Source: Macrostomum lignano | Lineage: Eukaryota | Direction: 5' to 3' | DNA length: 64,000 nt | Assembly (NCBI GenBank): GCA_002269645.1 | Contig: NIVC01003740.1 | Span: 1-64,000 of the forward strand | Part shown: one piece after another, positions 10,501 to 23,130 of the stretch | Numbering within the stretch: position 1 is the stretch's first letter | Layout of the letters: each line of letters starts with the position of its first letter | Notes under the pieces: generated by a model | Told to the model about the DNA's origin: nothing | Databases searched by the model: none | Seen by the model: only the letters and a program-made list of their open reading frames with translations | Translations under genes and position numbers: made by a program

Positions 10501-12977
10501 CTTGAGAATGGTTTAGGGGTGACTCTTGAGAATGGTTTAGGGGTGACTCTTGAGAATGGTTCAGGGGTGACTCTTGAGAATGGTTTAGGGGTGACTCTTG
10601 AGAATGGTTCAGGGGTGACTCTTGAGAATGGTTCAGGGGCGACTCTTGAGAATGGTTTAGGGGTGACTCTTGAGAATGGTTTAGGGGTGACTCTTGAGAA
10701 TGGTTTAGGGGTGACTCTTGAGAATGGGCGATGCTTGAGAATGGTTTAGGGGCGACTCTTGAGAATGGTTTAGGGGCGACTCTTGAGAATGGTTCAGGGG
10801 TGACTCTTGAGAATGGTTTAGGGGTGACTCTTGAGAATGGGCGATGCTTGAGAATGGTTTAGGGGCGACTCTTGAGAATGGTTTAGGGGTGACTCTTGAG
10901 AATGGTTCAGGGGCGACTCTTGAGAATGGTTCAGGGGTGACTCTTGAGAATGGTTTAGGGGTGACTCTTGAGAATGGGCGATGCTTGAGAATGGTTTAGG
11001 GGTGACTCTTGAGAATGGGCGATGCTTGAGAATGGTTTAGGGGTGACTCTTGAGAATGGTTTAGGGGCGACTCTTGAGAATGGTTTAGGGGTGACTCTTG
11101 AGAATGGTTCAGGGGTGACTCTTGAGAATGGTTCAGGGGTGACTCTTGAGAATGGTTCAGGGGTGACTCTTGAGAATGGTTCAGGGGTGACTCTTGAGAA
11201 TGGTTCAGGGGTGACTCTTGAGAAAGGTTTAGGGGTGACTTTGAGAATGTTTCAGGGGTGACTCTTGAGAATGGGCGATGCTTGAGAATGGTTTAGGGGC
11301 GACTCTTGAGAATGGTTCAGGGGTGACTCTTGAGAATGGTTTAGGGGTGACTCTTGAGAATGGGCGATGCTTGAGAATGGTTTAGGGGCGACTCTTGAGA
11401 ATGGTTTAGGGGCGACTCTTGAGAATGGTTCAGGGGCGACTCTAGAGAATGGTTTAGGGGTGACTCTTGAGAATGGTTTAGGGGTGACTCTTGAGAATGG
11501 GCGATGCTTGAGAATGGTTTAGGGGCGACTCTTGAGAATGGTTCAGGGGTGACTCTTGAGAATGGTTCAGGGGCGACTCTTGAGAATGGTTCAGGGGTGA
11601 CTCTTGAGAATGGTTTAGGGGTGACTCTTGAGAATGGGCGATGCTTGAGAATGGTTTAGGGGCGACTCTTGAGAATGGTTTAGGGGTGACTCTTGAGAAT
11701 GGTTCAGGGGCGACTCTTGAGAATGGTTCAGGGGTGACTCTTGAGAATGGTTCAGGGGTGACTCTTGAGAATGGTTTAGGGGTGACTCTTGAGAATGGTT
11801 CAGGGGTGACTCTTGAGAATGGTTCAGGGGTGACTCTTGAGAATGGGCGATGCTTGAGAATGATTTAGGGGCGACTCTTGAGAATGGTTTAGGGGCGACT
11901 CTTGAGAATGGTTCAGGGGCGACTCTTGAGAATGGTTTAGGGGTGACTCTTGAGAATGGTTCAGGGGCGACTCTTGAGAATGGTTCAGGGGTGACTCTTG
12001 AGAATGGGCGATGCTTGAGAATGGTTTAGGGGTGACTCTTGAGAATGGTTTAGGGGTGACTCTTGAGAATGGTTTAGGGGTGACTCTTGAGAATGGGCGA
12101 TGCTTGAGAATGGTTTAGGGGTGACTCTTGAGAATGGGCGATGCTTGAGAATGGTTTAGGGGTGACTCTTGAGAATGGTTTAGGGGCGACTCTTGAGAAT
12201 GGTTCAGGGGTGACTCTTGAGAATGGTTTAGGGGTGACTCTTGAGAAAGGTTTAGGGAAAGGTTTTAGAGGCGATGCTTGAGAATGGTTTAGAGGCGATG
12301 CTTGAGAATAATCAAATAGTCGAAGCAATTTTTGCGAATGCTTTGAGGTGGCTTGTGAGTGGTTAGCTTGCTGCTCAAGCAAAGGTGAGCCTTGCAAACT
12401 ATACTGCCAATTAGGGCTTATGGAATTGAAGGACTTATTGAGTCACCTGGCACTTGAGCAGGTAGGCCCGGTCCCTCTCAAGCTCCGCCTGTCTGGCAGC
12501 CATGAGGCTCCGCAGCCGGGAGTTCAGGCTCTCAAAGTGGGCCAGGCGGGAGGCGGTCTGTCCAGAAAAAGCTACATCACCCAGCGTAGTTGCCATGGCA
12601 ACTGCTGAGGGAGGTGGCAGCGACCGAGTCATGATGGAGTCGGCGCAAGTCGGGCTGCTGAACGCAAAGCCCTGAGGCTGTTGCTTCTGCTGCTGGCGCC
12701 TGAGGCTGCCCCGGCTGTCGAGAAAGGAGACTGGCGCCTCGGTTGGCACGAAGCGCGTGGGGCGGGGCTGCGCGTAGCGGGTGATTCGGTCCAGCGACCG
12801 GCTCTGCATTCTCGGCTGGGGCTGCGGCGGCTGGTGGTTGGTGTGCAGAAATTCGTCCAGGCGGGAGGCTCGGCCGTTCACAGCGGGGGATCGCAGCAGC
12901 GACTGGAGAGTCTCAGCTGCGGCAGCTCCGCCGCTTGAGCCTGCCGGATGCTGAGGTGGCGTTGATGACGAGAAGGT
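4522..12977 (-). CDS. DLGAP: DLGAP/SAPAP (GKAP-domain) scaffold protein; start exon not identified; three 1-nt frameshifts as assembled
   Basis: Exons (minus): 12977-12447, 9333-9193, 8990-8412, 7818-7510, 6855-6618, 6093-5692, 5003-4522, all GT-AG. The C-terminal translation GRYFLLLAEREEQRI...LSEEVSGILRVSAGKARLLLTEKLAQFRGLCEDN...DLNGFW matches the GKAP homology domain. Splice phases agree only if +1 nt is added to each of three exons. Confidence 0.8.
5020..5360 (-). repeat. Intronic minisatellite, 28-bp unit GTGAGTCACTGATTCCCTGTCTGAGGAG (sense strand)
   Basis: About 12 tandem copies in the last DLGAP intron, ending just before the acceptor. Confidence 0.95.
5361..5718 (-). repeat. Intronic minisatellite, 27-bp unit GTGAGTCCCTGGGCCTGTCTGAGGAGG (sense strand); first copy is the coding exon end
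   Basis: About 13 copies; translates as (GESLGLSEE)n in frame with the exon. Confidence 0.95.
6136..6496. repeat. Intronic minisatellite, 15-bp unit CAGGTTGCACACCAT
   Basis: Tandem copies inside DLGAP intron 6094-6617. Confidence 0.95.
6960..7445. repeat. Intronic minisatellite, ~30-bp unit CTCTCACCCCACGAGATAGGAGATTCTAAA
   Basis: Tandem copies inside DLGAP intron 6856-7509. Confidence 0.9.
7815..8337 (-). repeat. Intronic minisatellite, 43-44-bp unit TCTGTGTTGGTACTGCTGTTGTCAGTGAATTTGAAAATTTCAG (sense strand), overlapping the acceptor
   Basis: About 12 copies; the last copy supplies the TTTCAG|TCTG junction. Confidence 0.95.
9502..12310. repeat. Intronic minisatellite, 24-bp unit GACTCTTGAGAATGGTTCAGGGGT with interspersed shorter variant
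   Basis: ~2.8 kb of tandem copies; source of the LENGSGVT ORFs. Confidence 0.95.
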
Positions 12978-14954
12978 CTAATGACAGTTTTATTATATAC
13001 AGAACAAACTTCTGAATTAATGTAGGCTTTATCGTAGATAATTCCGCACTTGTAAATCTTAGAGTTTAGCTTTATATGGGTAGCATATGGTTAAAATGTG
13101 CCCAAATATTAATAAGTCAAAAAGCATTTACTGATATAATTAAGCATTACACATGATGATATAGCTTTTGCTATTGGGTTAGCCAAGCTCTAGTCTGCAA
13201 TCTAGATATGGCACACTAAAACATTTTGCCTAGCCCCCTAATAACAGAAAAAACTTATTAGGGCCGGAGTATCAACTTGGAAGTATGTTGAAACTTATAA
13301 TATTTGTTTGCATTAGTATATTATTTTTTATGCTGTGAACAGTTGTTAATTCAAAAATCAAAACTGAAATCTTAATTTCTTTTCCCACGTCGAATCATAA
13401 TTTAGCCATGACATATGCAAACAAACTTTTTACCCTCAATGAAAAAACTTTTTCAATGATTTGAATGATTTGAAAATTCCTGACATAAAAAACTTTTGTA
13501 CTATCAGCAATACATGAAGAAAATTTTGCAACATGGCTATAATAGCAACAAAATATCAATAATTAAAATGTGCTAGGCTTTAAAACAAGTAGAAAGTGGA
13601 TTATTTTTTGTCACATTGCTTCACAAAACACTTATGCCAAGTTTAAATTATTTCAGTTATCAAAATGCCAATGTAAAAGTACTAAGGTTGCTAAGAAATT
13701 TTTAATCAACTTTTATTCTTTCAATTATTTATTAGGAAAATCAATACTATGCAAATCATTTCTTTGCAAATTCAGTAAAAAATAATAATAACATATTAAC
13801 ATTAAGATTAACATTCTTAATAAATGTATGATAATATAAATTTATTAAGAATACTGAGATTTTATGGAAATTTTTACATTTTTGAAATGAATACATTAAA
13901 AGCAAGATGCTCAATACTTTCGAAAAAAACTTGGATAAGATCTTTGATTTAGTAAAACCAAATAGCCTAAGTTAATAAACATATATTAAACCCTTAATAG
14001 AAATAAGCTAAAACTTCCTTCTCGTATTTTTCATCACATAATATTGAGCTTATACTCAGCATAAAACAATTTCATTGATAACTAATACAGTGATACTTCT
14101 TCCTTGAGCTAATACTAATAGGATGCATCATTTCTTGTAATTTCAAGTCAATGCAAATTTCCGCAATTTCTAATGTTTTCGTGTCAAGCATAAAAACAAA
14201 TACAGTCATGCTAAATCAGTAGTTTTTTGCCACCAATAGTTACTTTTCCTGAAAAAAATGAATGCGTTTCTTTAAGTAGTCGAAACTGTTTAATTAAGTT
14301 ATCCGAAAAAAGTGTTATTGTCGTCGTCAAATTTCACCATATAGTAAAAAATTATATTATATTTTAACAACAAGCTGTAAGACGCGCGCATTAACTCGTG
14401 TTGTGCGCTCCTTTTCTGTAGACCTAATCGGTTCCTAACGTTGTAGGCTGCGGAAAAAGTTATAGCTTGTTTTTATGTTTTTAGTCATAGTTTAGCTTTT
14501 CGGCAGACTTTGAACTAACTATTGCTAGGCTAGGCCTATCAACTGATATTACGGTATTTACTATATTTTATATTTATTGTAATTATAATCTGTTAAGAAG
14601 CACTTGCGTTTTACTGTTAGGCCTAGGCCCTAGCCCTAGCCTAGTTCCAGTTAAACAGCTTAATTCCTCAATATGCTTTAAATTTTGATAGCTCTTTCAC
14701 AATTCATTATACAAACTTGTACAACTAAGGGCGTAAGGCCTAGCTAATCTACCTTTACTGTAACTGTGACTATGTTAACAATTAGGCCTATATTATAATA
14801 GTGGACTTAGTGCAATACATTATTAGGCTTCGCTTTGGCATTATATTTACATTTCATTTGAAATCAAACTACAGATTCTATACAAGGATACAAGTTTCAA
14901 ATTTAATATAGTGACAAAAAATTGTATACAGTAAACTTAAAACAAAAATCAAAT

Positions 14955-17900
14955 ATGATACATAGCATCTTTCTTATCAACAATTCTGGGTAAGTTTAAA
15001 ATTGTTTGTTTTTATATATTGCTTTTATTTAATGGTTTACAAAAGCTAAAGAAAAAAGTTAATGAATAATATTCTTTTAGCAGGTCTATAAGTCAACATA
15101 AAGTATATACAGTGTTGGGCAAGTTACTCAAAAAAAGTAACTTGCGTTACTGTAACTTAAGTTACCACTTTTTAAAAAGTAACTTACGTTAGCCTAGTAA
15201 CTTTGAACAAAAACCCGGTAACTTTTAAGTTACTTCCGTTACTTACTTCCGTTACCTATGTTATTAACAAAATTTTCTGCTTTTTTTAACATTGCAAATG
15301 TGATGGAACAGCACAAATGATCGCGAAAGCCAGGAGGAAGAGTACAACAACATTAATTTCAGTAACTGTATTAAATTTTAATCACTTTAGGCCCTTTCCG
15401 TAAAAAGAAGAGAAGCTGAAGGTCAGAAACGTTAAAGGCAAAACGCAATTTAATTTTTAATAACATTATAAGTTATAATACACAAGGACAACTTAACGTA
15501 ACTTCAGTTGTCCTTGATAATACATCACTCGTAATAAGTACCTGGCTTTATACTCCACTCTACAGTCTGCTTTACTAGTCTTTTTATTTATTTTCAATTA
15601 TTATCATTAATATTAAATTATTGTGCAGTGCAGTGCAGTGCCAGTGGACTTTAGTGGTGTAGCCAGGGAGGCCGCCTTAACAATCGTTGGGGCGGCAACT
15701 TCACCCCACCTGCAAGACACCCCACCTGGGGGGGTGGGGTTGGGCGTGGCGGGTACCAAAAACCATGAGGCGATTGAGTGCCTGCGGCGCTTAAATGAGT
15801 GCCTGCGGCGCTTAAATGAGTGCCTGCGGCGCTTAAATGAGTGCTTGCGGCGCTAAAATGAGTGCCTGCGGCGCTAAAAGTGGCAATGGCATGAGGCATG
15901 GCCAGCCAGGCCAACCCGCCCCCCCCCCAATTAAAATTCCTGCATGGCTACGTCGATCACTGAGTGGATTTGTGGAGACTACAGATGAATTTCTTTCTTT
16001 GGTTGTTTGTTTCTAAGAACTAAACAAAATATTTTTATTAACTTAAAAACGAAAAGCAAAAATATTTTACCGAAAATAACAAAGTAAAAACATGTTTCAA
16101 GTATTTCTTTATTAATTACAGCGTAATACCGTATGATATTATTCACTTAGTTTTGAATTTAGGAATGAAAAATGCTAAAAATGTGACAACTGGCGTAATA
16201 GCTAAGCATATCAGTTTTAAATTTAAATATTGCGATTGTTGCAAAGTAACTGTAACGGACTTCCGAAATTTGAGTAACTTACCGTTACTCCGTTACCAAA
16301 ATAGGAAAGTAACTTGCGTAAGGAACGCTTTACGAAAAAGTAACTTGCGTTACCATTTACAAGTTACTCGGTAACGGAAGTGCCCAACACTGAGTATATA
16401 TATAAAAATAGTATAGCTTTAATTGATTTAGTAATAGAGTAAATATTCTTATTAGTTATGCCTAGTATTAGTAGCAATTAATTATCAGTCCCTTAAGTCC
16501 ACATTATACTACTATAGTCTATAAAACTTGTCTATAAATTATAATATAATAGTATAATCTTACTATATCAGCTTAAGCTAGAAGTAGTTATTTTAAATAT
16601 TAATTTTTTAAGCTTCTTTTCTGTCAAATTGATTTTACACTTAAGCATAGGCCTTTTAAAATCAAAATTTAGGTTGTTAGGTTGTTTTTGTAATATCTTT
16701 GTAATAGCTTTGTATCTGCTTCCAATAAAAAGCTATCACTACATAAAAGTGAAAAAGTGATGAAAAGTTTCTATCTCACTAGTGCATTTCTCCATGAAAA
16801 TCAGCCTTAAATAAATTTTCCAAGATATGAAGTATCTCATCTTTCTTCTTCTAGTGGTCCTTGAATATAACACAGATGAAACTAGCCTTCTTGGACCTCA
16901 TCACTTAATGAGCCATAACTCAGCAATGGAATGACCTAGAGAAGCTATTCAACACTCAGCTGAAGTATTGAATGCTGCTCTTTAAGCTGAATTTTAATTT
17001 GATCCATTTCAATGTGGTGGAAAGAAGTTATGCACAAACAATCACTATGCCAGCAAACAGCCCTTTTATTATAAAATGAACCCTAATTATTCCTGATAAT
17101 TTGTTGTTTCTTAACTTTTAGAGACATTTTCCTTGAGAAGCACTACAAAAGTGTCATCCCAAAGACTGTCTGCGACTATTTCTTTGATGAAGTTGCCAAG
17201 GTAAATTATTTTTGCTTGATTGTTTAATGCTATCAATATAATGTCCCACATACTGCTGCTAATGACTGCCACACCTGCAGGCATCATCGCCAGAGAATGT
17301 GCAGCCAGTTATCCAGACTCCCAACCACATCATCATCAGTGTCTACCGCGCCCAGATTCACTTTGTTGCCGTGTGCCGCAGTGAGGTGCCACCCCTGTTT
17401 GTCATCGAATTCCTGCACCGCGTCGCCGACATTGTCAAGGATTACTTTGAGGACGTCACGGAGACCATCATCAAGGATAATGTGGTGCTTGTGTACGAGG
17501 TGAGTTTGAGGAAATCGAAATGGAACTTGTTACTGCTTACTCTGGTGACTGCTACTGGTCATTTTTATGCTGCTCAATGCCATTGACTAAGCTACACTGG
17601 GTCGGCCCGGTCATTAATTATAATGATTGTCGTTATTGTTCTGCTGTCTCTGGTCATTGTGTATTTTTGTGTCCGGTAATTATGGATGTTGTCTGTTCAT
17701 TACGTATATTCTGTGTGGTCATTATGGATGCTGTGTCTGGTAACTATGTATGATGGTCTGGTCATTATGAATGCTGCGTCAGTGCGTCTGGTCATTGTGT
17801 ATGATGTGTTTGGTCATTATGGATGTTGTGTCTGGTAATTATGGATGCTGTGTGGTAATTATGTATGCTGTGTCTGGTAACTATGTATGATGTGTCTGGT

Positions 17901-20760
17901 CATTATGGATGCTGTGTCTGGTAACTATGTATGATGTGTCTGGTCATTATGGATGCTGCGTCTGGTCATTATGTATGCTGTGTCTGGTCATTATGGATGC
18001 TGTGTCTGGTCATTACGGATGCTGTGTCTGGTCATTGTCCCTGGTATGCTGCAGACTCACTGCAGCTCGCGCCACATTTCACTCTCGACAATTGATTCCG
18101 GCACCACCCCCAGCTGCTAGACGAGATGCTGGACAACGGGTTCCCCCTGGCCACGGAGCCCAACATCCTCAAGGAGCTGATCCGGCCGCCCACCCTGTTC
18201 CGCACGATCACGGACGCCATGAGCGGCAAGAACACGAACGTGTCCGCCAGCCTGCCCACCGGCCAGCTGTCCAACATCCCCTGGCGCCGCATCGGGGTCC
18301 GCTACGCCAACAACGAGGCCTACTTTGACGTGATCGAGGAGCTGGACGCCATCGTGGACCGGTCTGGCAACGTGGTCATGTCCGACGTGGCCGGCCGCAT
18401 CGACTGCCTCATCAAGCTGTCCGGCATGCCCGACCTCACCCTGACCTTCGTCAACTCCCGCCTGCTGGAGGACGTCAGCCTGCATCCATGCATTCGATTT
18501 CGCAGATTTGACAACGACCGGGCGCTGAGCTTCATCCCGCCTGATGGCAGCTTCCGGCTGATGTCCTACCGGGCTGGGGGCGGCGGCGGCGGCCACGGAC
18601 AGATGATCCCGCTGACCCTGCGGCACACCATCCAGTTCAGGGAGGCGGCCAGCCGCTTGGAGATCAGCCTATCACCGAGGCCCGTCTCTGGCAAGGTGGG
18701 TCTTTGTCCAAGTGTCTTCAACCAGCTTGTACTGGTATTTGTAATCGTATAACTTAACGAGCAATAACCGTCTCCAGCTTGTTTCTAAGTTTCTATTTTG
18801 GGCTCGGTCCTCACGAAACACTGTATAGAAAAAACTGCCAGCTCGATAACTTTATATACGACTACAACTACTATTTACAGCACTTTCGGGATACTCTACT
18901 TGTAGTAACAATAGCAAACTATTATAAATAGAAGTATATAAGGAAAATATGTTAACAGTAACGAAAAAGAAAATATATTGAACACTTTTGATAAAAAAAC
19001 TATTAATTAATTATTAACGCAGGTAGTAGACGAAGTTGCGGTTCAGGTGACCTTTCCCCGGTCTGTCACCAACGTGAGCTTGACGCCCAGCGTCGGCAAG
19101 TACACCTTTGACTCGGCCAGCCGCACTCTCACCTGGAATGTGGGCAAACTGGAGCCCCAGAAATTCCCCAGCATTAAGGGACCGGTGAGCACAGGGAGAA
19201 GTTCGTATTTGGATTTTTCCTCGTAGTTATGTTTCGCAGCCCCATAACTCACCAGAGTCTGTATTTCAACAGATCATTCTGCAAACCGGAGCCCCTGTGC
19301 CGGACTGTAATCCCACCATCCTGGTGAACTTCTCCATCTCAGGCTGGACAGTGTCCGGCCTCAGAGTCAACCGGCTGGATCTCATGGGAGAGGTGAGACG
19401 CGTTTGCTCATCCTCAGTTTCCGTCTGCGATTGTTAGTTCACCCTAAACCATAGCGTGTTCATTGTGTACCTCACCTCACTCACCTCATTGGTCAGCCTA
19501 TTGTGTGCACTGCCTGTCTGACCCCAAGCTCTTATTTGATTGGCTGACAAGCTGTAACCACACGTGGCCTCTTATTGATTAGCCGTTGCCTCCGACTAAC
19601 CTCCACTTGCCTCCGATATGTGCCCCGTGTTCTCTCATTGGCTGGTTTTTTCTGTTTTAGAAAAAAAGGCACTACTTCAGAAAAATATCATGGCAATCTG
19701 AAAATCTTTTTCTTCCTTGTTTTTTCCCCTCATTGGTGTTGGTTTTTTACGCAGTAAAATTGAGATTTGTTGAGTCGAATCGAATCGAATGTACTCGTAC
19801 TTTTGACTTTTAATCGCCTAGACATTTCTCGGACTTCTTGAACTTTAGGTCAATATAAAATAGTTGCAGTTTCGATATAGGACCGGTGGGGGGTCCTAGG
19901 GCGAAGTTGCAATGAAGCGAAGCTTAAATTGAAAATTCAGCAAGTTATCAAATACCTATAGAATTATAATCCCATCAAAACTAGTTGATATCAGCAGCTG
20001 TAGTTACCTTCAAAATGGAGACAACGCAGATTAGTAGAAATGAGTATAGGTAAACAAGTTAAAGTACAAGTAAAGAATGTGTACGTCTAGTAGTCACAAC
20101 GATAAAAGAACGACAGCGAATCAAAAAGTGGTAGGTGAGGGGCAGGTGGCGAACCGTAGGTCAACATTTTTAAAAAACACTAAACTGACGTGACACTGTC
20201 GCTGCGCTATAACAAATTATGTCAATAAAGCTTAGAATAGACACTCTATCGGAAGTAATATTCGAATCCTCTAGATTATGTTTTAGAATAAATTCATCAA
20301 AATTTGGAAAATATATACGTTTGAAAGTTGATTCTAAAAAAAGTTCAATACTAAAACATACAATTCTCTAAAACTGTTTGTATCAAATTGTAACACACCG
20401 GAAAATCGGAAGTATTTTACGTACCTAAAGTTCAAGAAGTCCCATTTTCGAGGCCTTCCTATAAATCGTTTTAAACACTTAGAATTAATCTTTATATTGC
20501 CGCTATCCTCCCTGGTCCTTCCCTCCGCTCGTCCTGCTCTCTGCTGCTGGCGGTGTTTGGGCGCAGCATTTTTCAGCGCATGCTTCTGGCATTTCTGCTT
20601 TTAAATTGCTGCAGACTGCGGTTTTGTTAGGCAATTGAGCGACATCCAGAGGTTTCTCATCTCACCGTCTGCCTGCTCCACCGCCTCATTGCAGAAGTAC
20701 AAGCCATTCAAAGGCGTCAAATACGTGACCAGGGCTGGAAAACTCGAGTTCAGGACCTGA
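14955..20760 (+). CDS. AP3M: AP-3 complex subunit mu (adaptin medium chain), 420 aa
   Basis: join(14955-14989,17122-17200,17281-17499,18114-18695,19023-19184,19273-19392,20695-20760); all GT-AG, phases consistent, 1263 nt. Motifs MIHSIFLIN, VPPLFVIEFLHRVAD, EMLDNGFPLATE, NNEAYFDV, FIPPDG, KYKPFKGVKYVT are typical of AP3M1/2. Confidence 0.96.
15110..16392. mobile_element. Non-autonomous hAT-type DNA transposon in AP3M intron 1 (1283 bp)
   Basis: TIR CAGTGTTGGGCA...TGCCCAACACTG; 8-bp TSD AGTATATA at 15102-15109 and 16393-16400; many subterminal GTAAC/GTTAC motifs. Confidence 0.88.
15642..15962. mobile_element. Small MITE-like insert nested in the hAT element, with 21-bp subrepeats TGAGTGCCTGCGGCGCTTAAA
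   Basis: GC-rich island in AT-rich element; imperfect ends CAGTG..GTAGCCA / TGGCTAC..CACTG; related sequence at 22850-23130 and 40360-40555. Confidence 0.5.
17620..18035. repeat. Degenerate intronic minisatellite (~22-25-bp, TCTGGTCATTATGGATGCTGTG-like)
   Basis: Recurrent core in AP3M intron 3. Confidence 0.8.
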
Positions 20761-21671
20761 GCCAGCGGTATTCGGGCCAGCCTGATTTCTCTGAACTGCA
20801 TGCGGTAGATGGAGATCATCAGATACTTTCACAATTTATCAGATACTCGTATCTTCTAGTGCTATATTTATCATGTAGCGATTCGCCAATCAAAGGTTAA
20901 TCATTTCGCTTTGTAAATCTGTGCGTACAGGCATTAAGGTTTTAACTTTACTGCATCGGCATTCCATGAGCAAAGATATCCTTTGTGTCATCAAGCCTGT
21001 TTCCTTTTGCGAGTTTCGATCATTATGCTAATGCTGTGTTCTGAAAGTAAGAAAATGGAACCATTTCCTGGAAATTGCAGGTCATGTCAAGAAGCAATTA
21101 TGACGTATCTAATAATTCTAATTGTTTGTGCTATGATTTGCCAACTATCTAAAGCTTCCATGTTGTCCCTAATCGGCAGTTTATGTCTGATTTCAGTATC
21201 ATGAGATTTTTCATTACTAACTTTTATTTCAATTTGATTTCAAAGGTTTCCTGAGTTTAAAATAGCTCGTATGCTACGCTCGTATGGTACATTTTCGCAA
21301 TTAGGCATGCAAATCATACTGAATAATAACTAAATACACAAACACGACGCAGTTTTTGATTATGCGAAATCACACGAATTCTCTATTGTTATGCGGTGAG
21401 TTGATTAAAATAATTTAAGTTTTTGTTGCTTTATTGGTTGGCTAACGGGTTTATATTTTTGCGATAGTTAGCTCGTATGCCGTTTGGCATAATAATTTCA
21501 GGTGTTTGTTGTTTATCTTTATGTTCATAGCCTTTTTTCAAAATGTCGAAGATTCGCTTCTCTACCCAACCGGAAAAAATTGTGCAAAACAAAGCAAAAC
21601 ATTTACATGTAACTGCAAAGCTTCAGTTCACGGCCAGCTGTAAAATGGGTACTATAGCTTAGCTGGGGTAT

Positions 21672-21712
21672 TGTGTGTGTGTGTGTGTGTGAGTGTGTGT
21701 GTGTGTGTGTGT
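21672..21712. repeat. (TG)n microsatellite
   Basis: Direct. Confidence 0.95.
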
Positions 21713-22849
21713 GGCAAAATCCTCTTTCAGTCCTTGAACTTTATAGCCGTATGCAGCCTTCAGCTAGATGCACCGCGTAATATCTGTGGCTGTTGGTTGT
21801 ATTCAACAAAACATGTACATCTGCTCATATAGTGCAGGTGTAATCTAATTATTACGATCTTGAGTACTGTCGATTTATGAAATTTGTCATATTTACGCAC
21901 AATGAATAAACCCAGTCAAGTAAGGAAAGCCCGCAGCCTTCTACATGTAGGACTTCCTAGTTCTGGTCTAAAGTTTAGTGAACCGGAGCGGTTATCATGC
22001 ATGTATAGCGCAACTCATTAAAGCTCAGGGCTGGTTATTACGAAAAAAAGTTTTATTCTAACTGAAAAGTTCGAGTAGTCGCATCTCCATCTCCATCTAT
22101 GACTATACTTATATAGGCTCGTTCACCGCGTCAACAAACCAATAAACAAACGACTGACAAAGCAAACCTGTGGTCCCCTCACACAGAAATTGATATTTGT
22201 TCGCTCTGTAAATAGTCTGTAATATCAGTATTTAATAACAATAAATTTATTAAAATATAATCAGCATTCAATAAACTGCAATACAGATATCAGCCATGAG
22301 TTAAACTAACTACTCATTAATTAAAAATTTTACTGAATCAACAACTTACTACAAAATTAAACGCTATTATATAGTTAAAACTAAAGAGAAAACGAAAAAA
22401 AGTAGACGCGTTTGCTAAAAAAATACTTTTATTCAGATAAATTCTGAATGAAAAAAATTACCATAAAATAGCTTCCATTGCTAGAACTTTTACTTTATCA
22501 ATATTTACTTTGCACAAATTTAGGTTAGTTTATTGTGTGAATTTGCGTGCTCAGAATTTGCATTTTGCTTTAATATTGACAATGTATAGGTTGTCAGCTT
22601 ACTCAGCTATCTGTGTATATAATAGTTGGCCTATAATGTGCTAAATTAGTAAGCCTTTCCAATTACAGCTACATTTTTAAGCTACATATATAAATTTATA
22701 TACATAATACATGTACTAGTAACAAGGCCTATAGTATGTATTAGAGACTTACTTTGTGGGTAAATTGAGTGTCACAATACCATACCTTCTACCTTGTAAG
22801 TGAGTTCTAGGGCCTACTTCTAAATCAAAGTATTTTTACATTAGTATAT

Positions 22850-23130
22850 AGGCAGGCACCAGACATGTTGCCACTGGGGGGACTGGGACAGGGGGGGGGG
22901 ACATTGGACATGCCAATTCTTTTTTTAAGTGTTTGCAGTACTAAAATGAGTGCCTGTGGTGCTAAAATGAGCGCCTGTGATGTTAAAAAGAATGCCTGTG
23001 GCACAGTGGCACCAGGAGTGCCTATGGTGCCAAAATAAATGCTTGCAGCACTAAAATAAGTGCCTACAGTGCTAAAAGGAATGTTTGCTATGCTAAAAAA
23101 TGCCTGTGGTACCAAAATGAGCACTGACAG
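22850..23130 (+). mobile_element. Degenerate copy of the small repeat family with AAAATGAGTGCCTG subunits
   Basis: Similar to 15770-15900 and to the reverse complement of 40360-40555 (G-run, GGACATG, GCTAAAATGAGTGCCTG). Confidence 0.45.

Noticed and set aside
9489-11868. LENGSGVT-repeat ORFs as a surface or ice-nucleation-like protein
   Set aside because: They lie antisense within a DLGAP intron, are repeatedly broken by variant units, and follow from a 24-bp unit length
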